Below are positions 26,153 through 36,962 of a DNA stretch of 64,000 nucleotides, piece by piece (the first letter of the stretch is position 1; each line of letters begins with the position of its first letter). The DNA is taken from contig JANQLF010000116.1 of assembly GCA_028280785.1 (NCBI GenBank), positions 6,581-70,580 of the forward strand. Reading direction: 5' to 3'. This DNA comes from Planctomycetota bacterium (lineage in GTDB: Bacteria; Planctomycetota; UBA11346). The notes below the pieces were generated by a model. That model was given only the letters and a program-made list of their open reading frames with translations. It was not told the origin of the DNA and did not search any database. The translations under genes and the position numbers were made by a program.

Positions 26153-29100
26153 TTAAGACAAATTTTCAGCAAGTTGTTTAATGCCTTTAAGGTCTAACTT
26201 ACCACTGCCGAGTACAGGTAATTCTTCGACTTCGTGAATATCTTTTGATTTTGGTTTGAAAATCGGTGGAAAATCATCGAGTGATTTCAGCATCTCGTTC
26301 ACGTCGCACTCAACACCGGTGTGCATAACAACCAAGCGCTCACCGCGTTGTGGATCGCTCACAGCGGCGACAGCGACCATGCATTCAGCATTTATATCAG
26401 CAGCGAATTTTTGCAGACTCTCTTGAACATTATCAAGCGGAACCATTTCACCGCCAACTTTGGCGAAACGTGCTAAACGACCGGTGATGTAAATAAAGCC
26501 GTCCTCATCGACGTGGCCAATGTCGCCGGTGTCGTAACCACCATGAATAAATACTTCTTTGGTTTTTTCTTCTTGACCCAGGTAGCCCATCATGCGTGCA
26601 GGACTACGCACAACCAGCAGACCACTTTCACCAGCAGCTAAGCGCTCTTTGTTTTCTGGATTAACGGTGAAGACATCGATGCCTGGAAGTGGACGGCCAA
26701 TCGAATTATCACGCGTACCGGTTTCTTTGACGCCGTCATGACTGGTATTTAATACATTTGCAGAAACTACCGGTGCCAGTTCGGTACAACCGTAACCCTC
26801 GAGTAATTCAGCATTATATTTTTCACGGAATTGATCGCGCAAATCAACTGGACATTTTTCCGAACCAACCATGGCAAAGCGCAAAGTCTTTAATTGTTCG
26901 GCTTCGATACGACGCATATACGAACGTACAAAGGTTGGTGTGCTGATTAAAATGCTGGCATCATGCCCTTGAATTAATTTACCGATTGCTTTGCCATCGC
27001 GTGGATCGATTTGACAGATAGAGCCGAGACCATTGCAAACACATAACCACAAGCCAATGCTTAAACCAAAGCTGTGGAAGAATGGTAAGGGATTTAAGAT
27101 GCGATCATGTTTGGCATCGATATTTAAATGCTGGCACACAGCGCGGCTATTAAACAACATATTACGGTGACTGAGTTGCACGCCTTTTGGTTGGCCTGTT
27201 GAACCAGAGCTAAAGAGAATCGTTGCACAGTCATCGGCACGGCCTTTACATATAACCGCTGTGGGTAGGCACATGATAGCAGCCATCCACATGATTACTT
27301 TCACCTTGCTGACGGCGCTCATGCAATCTTCAATGAAAATCATGTTAACTGGTAGCTCGTCTAGTTTTAAATGACGCCAGTATAATTTTGAAGTGATAAC
27401 GGTTTTTAAACCACTGCTGGTACACATGTAGTCGATATTTTCTTTGCCGACGGTGTGGTTGAGGTTCACACTGCAGCGACCATCCATGGCTGCGGCAATA
27501 TTGACCAGGGCACCGGCGCGACCAGGTGGCAGTAAAATACCAACGCGTTCTTCATCGTTTTCCCAATTAAATGTTGGAATCAGCGCTTTGGCCGTTGCGG
27601 CAAGGGTTAAATAATTCAGTGAACCTTTTTCTTCGATGACTGCCTGACGGAAGGGATGACGTTTGGCCCGTTTTAAAAATGCGGTAGCCAAAGTATCCTG
27701 TATCTTATCAGTATGTGCTTGTGCAGTTTCGTAAGCGAGAGCAGCCACGGCTTGTTGCGCCTCCAAGGAAGTCACCGAAGTATTCAAGGCTTCACCAATC
27801 TGTAAACGGACTCCTCGACGTGGTCGTGGGAAATCTTTGTGAATAGCGCGGCTGGCGATGCTACCGTAGAGACCATCAAGGTGTGCAGGAATAACTGGTA
27901 CACCAGCACGTTTAGCGATGCGTTCCATGCCGCGTTGAAATGTATCGATTTGGCCACTGCGCGTCAGTTTGCCTTCTGGGAAAATAACAACAACTTCACC
28001 GGCTTTGGCTGCTTCAACGGCGGCGTCGATCGACGCAACAAGTGCACGTCGACCACCGTCACCGGCAATAGGGATCACACCAAGGGCGCGTAAAAAGAAT
28101 CCGATAACTGGCATGTCTAAGTATTTTTTATAGACCAGGAATTTACCATGACGGGGTAGGTTAGGTCCTAGGATTAATCCGTCGACATAGCTTACGTGAT
28201 TACAAACAATTAAACAGCCACCTTGGAGTGGAATATTATCGGCACCACGGACATCTACTTTGTAACAAAAACGAGTTAATAAAACAAACGGCAGCGCAGC
28301 TAATTGGTAGCGATAAATAAAGGCGGTAATGATGGCCAGTGTGGCGCAGAAAATAGCGGTATATAAAAGGATGATTGGTGTAATGGTAAAAAAGCCAGCA
28401 ACGTAAACGGTTGCGAAGCCAAGCAAGGTACCGGTTGAACCTAAGAGACCGGCAATCGCGAATAAACGCCCGCGTTCTTCTGAGCGGCTGCGTTGCTGCA
28501 ACATGGTGTTGATTGGAACAATGATTAATCCGAATCCGATACCGGTCAGCAGAATGCCCATGCTGAATGAATTAACCGTGCTATGTTGCATCGATTCTAA
28601 AACGGTCATCGCAATGACAGCTGTTTCAGCATGACATGCAGCAAAACCAGCGTAGAGCAATCCAGCTCCACTTATTAATGCACCGATACACGGAATAGCT
28701 CCAGGATAACTACGCGTGTGTAAACGACTGGCGAGTAAGCTGCCGACAATAATGCCAAGCAAGATCCAAAAACTGAGTAAAGCGTATTGAGCCTGACTTA
28801 AACCATAGGTAATCGCTATGCTTGGTAGTAAAGAAATAAGTAATGCACCAACAAACCAAAAGGCACTTAAGGCTAAAATTAATTGCCATAAACGATAACC
28901 AGAGCGCAATAAAGAAATATGTGCCTTCACATCCCACATCGTTGATAAATTGATATTGGCATTTTGTGGTTTCAGAGGAGCAATACGAAACGCACTTAAA
29001 ATACCAAGCCCAGCAATTAATAAAGCGATGCAGGCCATCATCACGGGCATCGACATACTGCTAAACATGCTGCTGCTAATATTTATCGGATCGACTGCTG

Positions 29101-29575
29101 CTGTTAAAATGGTTCCAGTAATAATGGCGACGGTAGTCAGTGCTTGGATTTGACCATTGGCGCGTTCTAAATGATGCTCACTGACTAACTGTGGGATAAT
29201 AGCGTATTTCGCAGGCGCATATAATGCACTTTGTGCACCAAGTAATAAAATTGAAGCAATCATTAATGGAAAGCTGTTAATCGCTAAGGCAGAAATACCG
29301 AATAAAATAAGTATGCATTCGCTACAACGCAAAAAACGAATATAACTATGCATCGGCAAACGGTCGGCAAAAAATCCACCGAGTGGTTGGAGCACTATCA
29401 TGGGTAACATGAAAACCAGACCGAGGAGGGCAGCGCGTTGAGCACCGACTTGGCTGGATACACCGATGGCTGCCACAAAGGCAAAGGTGGTGCGGAAGAA
29501 GTTATCGTTGATGGCTCCGCAGGCCTGCGAAATCAGGTGGCCGTCGAATCCACGTTTATGAGCAATGTCGTCCAT
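26153..29575 (-). CDS. aas: Acyl-ACP synthetase / 2-acylglycerophosphoethanolamine acyltransferase fused to an LplT-like MFS domain
   Basis: N-terminal MFS (NDNFFR, PAKYAIIP), PlsC motifs NHVSYVD and FPEG, AMP-binding FSSGSTGQPKG, EGYGCTE, YDTGD, GKLD. AAGGAG RBS before MDDIAH. Confidence 0.9.
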   Translation of the reverse strand: MDDIAHKRGFDGHLISQACGAINDNFFRTTFAFVAAIGVSSQVGAQRAALLGLVFMLPMIVLQPLGGFFADRLPMHSYIRFLRCSECILILFGISALAINSFPLMIASILLLGAQSALYAPAKYAIIPQLVSEHHLERANGQIQALTTVAIITGTILTAAVDPINISSSMFSSMSMPVMMACIALLIAGLGILSAFRIAPLKPQNANINLSTMWDVKAHISLLRSGYRLWQLILALSAFWFVGALLISLLPSIAITYGLSQAQYALLSFWILLGIIVGSLLASRLHTRSYPGAIPCIGALISGAGLLYAGFAACHAETAVIAMTVLESMQHSTVNSFSMGILLTGIGFGLIIVPINTMLQQRSRSEERGRLFAIAGLLGSTGTLLGFATVYVAGFFTITPIILLYTAIFCATLAIITAFIYRYQLAALPFVLLTRFCYKVDVRGADNIPLQGGCLIVCNHVSYVDGLILGPNLPRHGKFLVYKKYLDMPVIGFFLRALGVIPIAGDGGRRALVASIDAAVEAAKAGEVVVIFPEGKLTRSGQIDTFQRGMERIAKRAGVPVIPAHLDGLYGSIASRAIHKDFPRPRRGVRLQIGEALNTSVTSLEAQQAVAALAYETAQAHTDKIQDTLATAFLKRAKRHPFRQAVIEEKGSLNYLTLAATAKALIPTFNWENDEERVGILLPPGRAGALVNIAAAMDGRCSVNLNHTVGKENIDYMCTSSGLKTVITSKLYWRHLKLDELPVNMIFIEDCMSAVSKVKVIMWMAAIMCLPTAVICKGRADDCATILFSSGSTGQPKGVQLSHRNMLFNSRAVCQHLNIDAKHDRILNPLPFFHSFGLSIGLWLCVCNGLGSICQIDPRDGKAIGKLIQGHDASILISTPTFVRSYMRRIEAEQLKTLRFAMVGSEKCPVDLRDQFREKYNAELLEGYGCTELAPVVSANVLNTSHDGVKETGTRDNSIGRPLPGIDVFTVNPENKERLAAGESGLLVVRSPARMMGYLGQEEKTKEVFIHGGYDTGDIGHVDEDGFIYITGRLARFAKVGGEMVPLDNVQESLQKFAADINAECMVAVAAVSDPQRGERLVVMHTGVECDVNEMLKSLDDFPPIFKPKSKDIHEVEELPVLGSGKLDLKGIKQLAENLS

Positions 29576-29727
29576 GTCGCGCTCCTTTGTATCGTCTGAT
29601 CTAAAGTTAACGATCGATAACATAAAGTCAACACCCGATTACATACTCGCACGGTGCATGCTCATCGACCCTTGACCAGGATGCCTAAACAGGGCATCCT
29701 TACGCGCTAGCAGCTAAGGGGCTCGTG

Positions 29728-30057
29728 ATGGCAGATGAACTGCAAGTACTTGATCAGGATGGGGTTAACGTCGTTACCGTTATCGAAACGGAATGCGCCC
29801 AGATTTGGTCTCTACTGCAACCGCTGATCGAAGGCGGCAAGAAATCCTGTGTACTCGACTTTAGCAATGTGAACTATCTCAACTCAATGAGCATTGCTGC
29901 GATCATTGGTTTGAACAAGAAAGTCGCAGGGGCAGGTGGTAAATTGGCTCTGGCTAATTTGCAGGACAATATCCAGTCGGTTTTCCGCATTTTGAAGCTC
30001 GAAAAGCTCTTTGATCTCAGCTTGGACATGGCTGGGGCCAAAGCTGCCGTTTCCTAA
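29728..30057 (+). CDS. STAS domain anti-sigma factor antagonist
   Basis: VLDFSNVNYLNSMSIAAII (phospho-Ser motif), GGKLALANL, VFRILKL. Confidence 0.85.
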   Translation: MADELQVLDQDGVNVVTVIETECAQIWSLLQPLIEGGKKSCVLDFSNVNYLNSMSIAAIIGLNKKVAGAGGKLALANLQDNIQSVFRILKLEKLFDLSLDMAGAKAAVS

Positions 30058-30245
30058 ATAAGAATCGTTTTCAATCACCGAGGGCTTGATAAACAGACCA
30101 CTAAGTCTGGTTAGATACGTGTTTTATAAGCCTTAGTTGCTTTTGGTAAAATACCAAAAAGATTGGTAAAAACCCAAGGCGAGTGTTGAATCCTCGCTGC
30201 CGAGGCCCATAATAGAAGAAGCATTCCACAGGAGGATTGGCTGAC

Positions 30246-32180
30246 ATGGCTGATGACGACAAAGCAAAGATGCAAGAGAACAAAGAGGTCATAGACACCA
30301 CGGGTATGTCCGAGGGCAAAGCGGCTGCCTTACAAATGGCCGAAGCGGCGCGTCAGCAGTCATGGAGTAAAGCGAGTTTTAGTAAGGACTTGTTCATGGG
30401 TGATGTGGACATGGGCCTGATTCATCCCTTCCCCTTACAACCGCAAGAAGACATCGACGCTGGTAAAGATTTTTTAGATAAATTTAAAGCAATTTTAAAA
30501 GACCAAGTTGATCCCGATCAAATCGATCGCGATGGCGAAATTCCGGATGAGATTATCGAAGCCCTCGTCGATATTGGAGCCTTTGGTATTAAAGTGCCTG
30601 AGCAATATGAAGGTCTCGGTTTATCGCAGACGAATTATTTACATGCTGCGGAATTAATGGGTAGCCGTTGTGCAAACGTGACGGTGTTGTTATCAGCACA
30701 CCAAAGTATTGGTGTGTCGCAGCCCTTATTGTTATACGGTACTGAAGAGCAAAAGAAAAAATATTTACCGAAAGTTGCCAAAGACACGATTTCTGCATTT
30801 GCCTTAACTGAAATTGGTGTGGGTAGTGACCCGGCAAAAATGGAAACCAGCATTGAGCCGACCGAAGATGGTGAACATTACGTTATCAATGGTCGGAAGT
30901 TATGGTGTACGAACGGAACGCGTGCGGGTGTCATCGTGGTCATGGGACGAACACCAGATAAAGAAATTAAAGGCAAAATGCGTCGTCAGGTTTCCGCCTT
31001 TATTTTAGATATGGATACACCAGGCATTACGATTGAACATCGTTGCCGCTTTATGGGTTTGAAATCAATTTATAATGCGGTGGTTAGCTTCGATAATGTA
31101 AAAGTGCCAAAAGAAAATTTAATAGGTGAAGAAGGTCGCGGTCTTAAAGTTGCGCTCGATACATTGAATACCGGTCGTTTAACCGTTGCTGGTGCCTGTG
31201 TTGGTATTTCCAAGCGCTGTTTAGAATTAGCCAGCGCTTGGTCACAGCAACGCGTACAATGGGGTGGTCCAATCGCCAAACACTCAGCCATCGCTGATAA
31301 AATTGGTAAAATGGCCGCGCGTATTTTTGCGATGCAGGCTTTGGTGACGTTAACTGGTCGTCTCGTTGATATGAAGAAGGCTGATATTCGTTTAGAATCA
31401 GCGATGAGTAAAATGAAGGCTACCGAAGATTCCTATTCAATAATCGATGAAGTGATGCAGATACGCAGTGGTCGCGGTTATGAAACTGCTGAGTCATTAG
31501 CTGCACGTGGTGAAAAAGGTGTATCGGTTGAACGCAATATGCGCGATGCACGTATTAATACGATTTTCGAAGGTTCGTCGGAAATCATGCGTTTAATCAT
31601 CGCCCGTGATGCAATGGACCCGCATTTAGCGATTGCTGGTGATGTACTGAATTCGAAATTGCCAAAATGGACTCGCTTTAAAGCAGCATTAAAAGCTGGT
31701 TTAACCTATGCGTGGTGGTATCCGAGCACCTTCTTGCCATTTGGCGCAAAAGGTACCAGTGGCATGCATAGCCGCTTAAAACACCAAGTGAATAGTGCTG
31801 CTCGCATTAGTCGCAAATTGGCACGGCGATTATTTCATGCCATGGCGCGCTTTGGCCCGAAACTCGAACGTGAACATATATTGCTCAAAAGGTTCGTAGA
31901 TATAGGCACCGAAGTCTGCGTCATGTGCGCCGTGTCCTCGTATGCGCAGGCGCTCTATAATAAAGATAAAAATATCGAATATATTGAGCTTGCCGAGTTA
32001 TATTGCAAAGAGGCGAAGTTGAACATTAAACAATTGTTTGCCGGTGTCAGCTCGAATAATGATGCCCAAGTGTATAAGATGGCACAAAAGGTCATGGAAG
32101 AAGACAAATTCGACTGGCTGACATCAGGCATTGTTGAAGAGGATTACACAGACATCATGGGTACTGCTGACGACGAATAG
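30246..32180 (+). CDS. Acyl-CoA dehydrogenase (ACAD9/VLCAD-like long form)
   Basis: SAHQSIG, AFALTE..VGSD, INGRKLWCTNG, LNTGR, R.QWG..I, RDARINTIFEGSSEI. Confidence 0.92.
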   Translation: MADDDKAKMQENKEVIDTTGMSEGKAAALQMAEAARQQSWSKASFSKDLFMGDVDMGLIHPFPLQPQEDIDAGKDFLDKFKAILKDQVDPDQIDRDGEIPDEIIEALVDIGAFGIKVPEQYEGLGLSQTNYLHAAELMGSRCANVTVLLSAHQSIGVSQPLLLYGTEEQKKKYLPKVAKDTISAFALTEIGVGSDPAKMETSIEPTEDGEHYVINGRKLWCTNGTRAGVIVVMGRTPDKEIKGKMRRQVSAFILDMDTPGITIEHRCRFMGLKSIYNAVVSFDNVKVPKENLIGEEGRGLKVALDTLNTGRLTVAGACVGISKRCLELASAWSQQRVQWGGPIAKHSAIADKIGKMAARIFAMQALVTLTGRLVDMKKADIRLESAMSKMKATEDSYSIIDEVMQIRSGRGYETAESLAARGEKGVSVERNMRDARINTIFEGSSEIMRLIIARDAMDPHLAIAGDVLNSKLPKWTRFKAALKAGLTYAWWYPSTFLPFGAKGTSGMHSRLKHQVNSAARISRKLARRLFHAMARFGPKLEREHILLKRFVDIGTEVCVMCAVSSYAQALYNKDKNIEYIELAELYCKEAKLNIKQLFAGVSSNNDAQVYKMAQKVMEEDKFDWLTSGIVEEDYTDIMGTADDE

Positions 32181-32182
32181 TT

Positions 32183-32491
32183 ATGCAGTGTCCAAACTGT
32201 GGTGATCCGAATTATCAACAAGGGGGCAAATGCGCTGCATGCGGATTTGAACCTTTAAATGATCCTCATGTGCTTGAGAAAGGTCGGGAACAGCGTGCCA
32301 CTGAAGAAAAAGAGGAATTTAATACCAACTTAATTGTTGGCGCTATTGCTTTAGCTTTTTTCCTATTTGTTTTTTGGTTTTTCCCAAGTGGTAAAAAATC
32401 TAGCGACTGGTTTACGCTAACGTTCTGGGAAACCATTTGGGCAGTTGGTCTCGGTGTAGCGGCATTTACCATTTCATTTAAAAAACACTAA
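32183..32491 (+). CDS. Small zinc-ribbon membrane protein
   Basis: CPNC...CAAC N-terminus plus two hydrophobic helices. Confidence 0.6.
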   Translation: MQCPNCGDPNYQQGGKCAACGFEPLNDPHVLEKGREQRATEEKEEFNTNLIVGAIALAFFLFVFWFFPSGKKSSDWFTLTFWETIWAVGLGVAAFTISFKKH

Positions 32492-33210
32492 GACTGCTTG
32501 CGAAACTCGCTGGGCGTACAATTACAATATTTTTTAAATAAGCGGCTGAAGTAGTAGGGGCTTTGAAAGCCACAGTGCTCGGCAATGTCTTGGATGTTTT
32601 GATTACTTTCGCGCAATAATTGTTGAGCGAGTGCGAGGCGTTGTTCAATGACATAGTGCATTAACGACGTGCCCAATTCTTGTTTAAATAATTGGCGCAG
32701 ATAATCGGGGCTGAGATAAACCGAAGCCGCGATGCGCTCTATGCTCAGTGCTTCGCTAAGATTATTCTGAATAAATGTTTTTGCTTGATCAACTGGTGAT
32801 GCGTTGGTGTCTGTCTGGGTTTGTTGAAACGAAAGTGCGACTAATCCGGCAAGGCAATCGAGCGTCGCTTGATGATGTGATCGTTGCAGCGTTTGATCTA
32901 TCATGGCAAAAAGCGCGTCGATTTCTTGCGTACGCGGATAAATACCGGCTTGTATGTCTTGGGCGTGGCAGCCATGTACGCCGATGCAGATTTGTTGACC
33001 TGCTATTTGGTTTTTGATCCAATGCTCCTGGCCTGGTTGATAAACAAAGACTGATGAGCCTGTATAATTCAGTGTTTGGTGTTCTTGATGCAATGACCCG
33101 CTGCATTGGTCACACCAGACGATTTCTGTGCAAGTGTGATCGTGTGCCGAGCATTCGTGCCCGGCGGTTATATCAATTTTAAATGCGTAAATACACGAGA
33201 CCTGAACCAT
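32488..33210 (-). CDS. AraC family transcriptional regulator
   Basis: Cupin HDHTCTEI...PGQEH and HTH (IAEHCGFQSPYYFSRLFKK...TPSEFR). Confidence 0.9.
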   Translation of the reverse strand: MVQVSCIYAFKIDITAGHECSAHDHTCTEIVWCDQCSGSLHQEHQTLNYTGSSVFVYQPGQEHWIKNQIAGQQICIGVHGCHAQDIQAGIYPRTQEIDALFAMIDQTLQRSHHQATLDCLAGLVALSFQQTQTDTNASPVDQAKTFIQNNLSEALSIERIAASVYLSPDYLRQLFKQELGTSLMHYVIEQRLALAQQLLRESNQNIQDIAEHCGFQSPYYFSRLFKKYCNCTPSEFRKQS

Positions 33211-33261
33211 TGTGCTTATTATTTGCAGTTGCACTTGGCTGCCAAGCCTGCGTTCAGATTG

Positions 33262-33314
33262 TGCAAGAAACTACGTCAGTTTGTACATGTTCATGCAAGA
33301 CATACTGTTAGAAT
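33262..33314 (+). promoter_or_regulatory. TGCAAGA direct repeats (32-bp period) plus extended -10 TGtTAGAAT for the PhyH gene
   Basis: tgcaaga at 33262 and 33294, TAGAAT at 33309-33314, in the AraC/PhyH divergent spacer. Confidence 0.45.
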
Positions 33315-33321
33315 GATGCGT

Positions 33322-34041
33322 ATGCAGATACATGAATTAGCAGAACAATTTAAGCGTGATGGCTTTGTTATCATACCTGATTTTCTTGATGCCAAGGAAT
33401 GCGCAGCAATGAACCAGGCTGTGGCAGCGCATTATACGGCGGAGCGACGCAGTATAGAGGCCGCTAGTCATCAAACGGAGGCTGGCGCATTTATGCAAGC
33501 GTTTGCTTGTGATGTCATTCCGTGGGACCCCGTGAGTGAGGGCATCGCTTGCTTTAGCGCGGTCAAAAATAAAGCGATATTGCGACAAATTACCGAAGCA
33601 TGTATTGGTCCTGCCTATCATGAATCATCAAGCTTAGTGATGTATTCGTGTACCGGTGGCCGCGGACAGTCCTGGCACCAGGATTGTTTGCCAGATGCTG
33701 AGCTCGGGTTTAATGTGAATAGATTATTTTACACCCGAGATGTGCGCGAAGAAGATGGCGCAGTTGTTGTTGTTCCCAATTCACATACCCAAGGACGTAT
33801 TCCGCAAGGTGGTCATCATGAATCCATTGCTGGTGAACAAATTATTTGTCCAAAAGCTGGAAGCCTTGTTTTATTGCATGGTTGGTGTTTTCACCGTGTC
33901 TTGCCTAATTATTCGGGACGAGAACGTGTCTCGATAAATTACCGTTGCTTTCCACAGGGTGTTGATGCCAGCGTTACCGGTGTTGGTGTTTACCGCAATG
34001 GTGATGCCTATTTTCGTCAAGGCTTAGCGAAAATGCGCTAG
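33322..34041 (+). CDS. PhyH family Fe(II)/2-oxoglutarate dioxygenase
   Basis: FKRDGFVIIPDFL, WHQD, GA.VVVPNSH, AGS.VL.H...FHRV..N.S...R. Real start is probably MQIHEL. Confidence 0.85.
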   Translation: MQIHELAEQFKRDGFVIIPDFLDAKECAAMNQAVAAHYTAERRSIEAASHQTEAGAFMQAFACDVIPWDPVSEGIACFSAVKNKAILRQITEACIGPAYHESSSLVMYSCTGGRGQSWHQDCLPDAELGFNVNRLFYTRDVREEDGAVVVVPNSHTQGRIPQGGHHESIAGEQIICPKAGSLVLLHGWCFHRVLPNYSGRERVSINYRCFPQGVDASVTGVGVYRNGDAYFRQGLAKMR

Positions 34042-35552
34042 TGTTGCCAATTGCGTGGATGAAGACTCATCAATACGGTTAATAATTCGAGTCGACCTAA
34101 CAGCATCATAAAAATACTCAGCATCAGACTGCCGTCATTAAATCCGCGAAAATTATGTGAAGGCCCAATGCTATCGAGCGCGGGTCCAATATTCGATAAT
34201 GCTGAAAGTGACGCAGAAAAAGAAACGGTTAAATTATTACCAAGTAGGCAAAATCCCAGCGTTCCTAGTGCAAGGCTGACAAAATAGAGAAAGATAAAGG
34301 CATTCACTTGTGAAACGATGCGATCATTGATAGGCCTATTATTTAAAGTAATCGGCGTAACGCGATTCGGTTCCATATAACGGCGCATTTCGCGGCGAAC
34401 GGATTTAAAGATCACTAAAATACGTGCCATTTTAATGCCGCCTGAAGTGGAGCCAGCACAACCGCCAATCAACATGCATATAACTAAGACGACAATGGCA
34501 GCTTGCGGCCAAGCCCACCAAGCTTCTGGCGTGGTGTCATAGCCAGTACCATAGCCAGTACAGGAGGCAATCGAAACCACTTGAAACAAACTATCACGCA
34601 TCAAGTCATGGAGTTGGCCATCATAAATGTCGCTTTGGAACTTAAGCGTGAACGCAATAATAAACCATGCGATCAGCACCATGTAAAAAAATGAGCGTGC
34701 TTCAACATTGCGCCACAATACTAATGGTTTGCCGCGAATGCATTGGATTAATAAAGCAAAGTTTAAGGCGCCGAGAAACATCCCGCCAATTATGATCCAT
34801 TCAGCGGTGTGCGAACCGAGACCTTCAATGCTGTTATCAAACGTCGAATAACCACCGGTGGCGATACAAGTCATGGCATGACAAACGGCATCGAAAAAGG
34901 GAACGCCGCAAGCCCGCAAGGCCAGGGCCATGCAAACAGTAAAGCCACAATAAATTCCAAGTAATAAGCGTGCGGTTGTAGCGAGGCGCGGTGCCAAGCG
35001 GTCAACACTGAGACCTGGAATTTCTGCACGATATAACTGAAAGCCGCTACCACCCATTAATAGGGGAATTAACGCAATCGAAATAACAACAATCCCAATA
35101 CCACCGAACCACTGCAGTAAGGCTCGCCAAAATAAAATACTCGCGGGTAATTTTTCAATCGGGGTTCCAACTTGTTCACCAAATTCGTTGTAGTGCTCGC
35201 CAAAAATAGTTGAGCCAGTGGTGGTGAGTCCACTCATGCCTTCAAACCACGCCTGCATAAATGAAGTATTGGGCACATCGAGCCAGATCGCCAATGCAGC
35301 AATTAAACTTGCAATAGTCCAGAAAATACTCGTAGTCGCGATGCCTTCACGAATACCTAAATCGCGTTGTGCATTTGATGAGCGACCGATGAGATAGAGC
35401 AAGCCACCAACACAGAGAAAGACACTGCCTGTCCAAATCCATGCACGAATGTCTTCTTCTTCATGAATAGCAAGCCATAGCGGTACTACGGTGCTGAGGC
35501 TTAAAAGCATCAACAATAAACCATTAACCTTACATAATACGCGTATGTTCAT
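34038..35552 (-). CDS. trkH: Trk/Ktr potassium uptake membrane protein
   Basis: FEGMSGLTTTG, WRALLQWFGGIG, ATGGYS, GGCAGSTSGGIK, SNIGP, GRLE. Confidence 0.92.
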   Translation of the reverse strand: MNIRVLCKVNGLLLMLLSLSTVVPLWLAIHEEEDIRAWIWTGSVFLCVGGLLYLIGRSSNAQRDLGIREGIATTSIFWTIASLIAALAIWLDVPNTSFMQAWFEGMSGLTTTGSTIFGEHYNEFGEQVGTPIEKLPASILFWRALLQWFGGIGIVVISIALIPLLMGGSGFQLYRAEIPGLSVDRLAPRLATTARLLLGIYCGFTVCMALALRACGVPFFDAVCHAMTCIATGGYSTFDNSIEGLGSHTAEWIIIGGMFLGALNFALLIQCIRGKPLVLWRNVEARSFFYMVLIAWFIIAFTLKFQSDIYDGQLHDLMRDSLFQVVSIASCTGYGTGYDTTPEAWWAWPQAAIVVLVICMLIGGCAGSTSGGIKMARILVIFKSVRREMRRYMEPNRVTPITLNNRPINDRIVSQVNAFIFLYFVSLALGTLGFCLLGNNLTVSFSASLSALSNIGPALDSIGPSHNFRGFNDGSLMLSIFMMLLGRLELLTVLMSLHPRNWQH

Positions 35553-35745
35553 AGTGATGGATGGGATTGGGCGAGTGGTCTGTCGACCAGTAAGTATCAG
35601 GATGCTGGGACGTCAACAGAGTAGTGTGTCCACTGAAATACTGAGATTTAGTTTAGATTTACGCCAGCACATTCAACCATACTCACCGTGTCAAAGCGGG
35701 CATTCTGGGCTTGTGAAGCCTTAAAAAATCGGATAGTATAAGGCT

Positions 35746-36867
35746 ATGTATCGGCTAATGTTTTTGCAGTTCTGTTTATTCTTCGCCCTCAGCAATCTGA
35801 CCGCGAGTGAATTTTCAATTATTAATTTAGCCGGTGAAGAAATAGTTTCGAAACAAGTGAAATTTAGCGACGTTGAACTTATCCATGACAAGGGTCGCAT
35901 TGCCTTAAAGCAACTTGCCTCCGTTCAACAGCGCAGTGAGCAAATTGACTGGCTCAGCTATCAACAAGGGATTCTCTTGCATGATGGTTCATGGATTCCG
36001 GTGAGTATTTTGGTCGCTGGTGATAAAGATGATACCATTCAAGCATCGACTCCTTTTGGCCCTATGCTTATTCCACTGGAATTTGTTGCTGCTTGGGGTG
36101 CTTATCACTTATTAAAATCAAGCGATGAGCATGATTTTGTGATGATGAATAATAACAATAAGCTGTACGGTGAGGTTCATGGCATTAGCGACGGGAAATT
36201 GTTATTGCAGACCACCTTGAGTGAAGATCCGATACCAGCACCGATGGAAAATATACGCGCCGTGCGTTTACGCGCACAAGCACATTCCAGTAAAGGATTG
36301 TATATTAACGTTTTTACCAATCCGCACCAACCACCGATGAAAGTCTTGCCCGGTAAACAACCAAGCCTTGCTTTCATTCCGTCGATTACTTTTGAAAACT
36401 GGCAGCAATGCCAGTCGCTGCAAGTGATCGGTGGTAACCGCACTTTTTTAAATGAACTCAAACCAAGCAATGTTATAGAAAAAGCCTTATTTGGTAAAGT
36501 CTGGCATTATAGTTTAAATACCAACATTGATGGCAAACCTTTGTACCTGAATCAAAAACGTTACGAGCAAGCCGTCGTTATGCATAGCTACGCAAAAATC
36601 ACTTGGGATATTGGTGAGGCTTACACGGCTTTTCATAGTCACATCGGTATCAGTGATCAGCTCAAGCGCGAAGGCGACTGCATCGTGCGTATTTTTGGCG
36701 ACGACAAAAAATTATGGGAAAAACAAAATATTCGCGGTGCCCAAGCCGCTGAAAAAGTAGCACTCGACCTCAAAGGTGTAAAATTATTAACTATCGAAGT
36801 CGACTACGGCGAGCGCTTTGACATCGGCGACCACGTCGCCTTCGCCGATGCTTATCTGAGTAAATAA
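35746..36867 (+). CDS. Secreted NPCBM/NEW2 domain protein
   Basis: Signal peptide. C-terminal MHS...F.S.IGI.D...GD....I.GD.K.L...LDLKGVK.L.IEVDYG...D.GDH..FADA.L. Confidence 0.8.
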   Translation: MYRLMFLQFCLFFALSNLTASEFSIINLAGEEIVSKQVKFSDVELIHDKGRIALKQLASVQQRSEQIDWLSYQQGILLHDGSWIPVSILVAGDKDDTIQASTPFGPMLIPLEFVAAWGAYHLLKSSDEHDFVMMNNNNKLYGEVHGISDGKLLLQTTLSEDPIPAPMENIRAVRLRAQAHSSKGLYINVFTNPHQPPMKVLPGKQPSLAFIPSITFENWQQCQSLQVIGGNRTFLNELKPSNVIEKALFGKVWHYSLNTNIDGKPLYLNQKRYEQAVVMHSYAKITWDIGEAYTAFHSHIGISDQLKREGDCIVRIFGDDKKLWEKQNIRGAQAAEKVALDLKGVKLLTIEVDYGERFDIGDHVAFADAYLSK

Positions 36868-36962
36868 TTTTAATTTAAAATCTTCAGCGATTCCCAGATA
36901 ACATACTTTTCAGCTAAGCTAAGGGTTATGTGTCTTTAAGCACGCGGCGAGTTCTCGAGCCG

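Noticed and set aside
33106-33321. Long N-terminal extension of the second PhyH ORF (similar extensions at 708, 4312, 8311, 40676, 52959, 61505)
   Set aside because: They overlap neighbouring genes or promoters. Downstream starts fit domain boundaries, RBS or operon spacing better.
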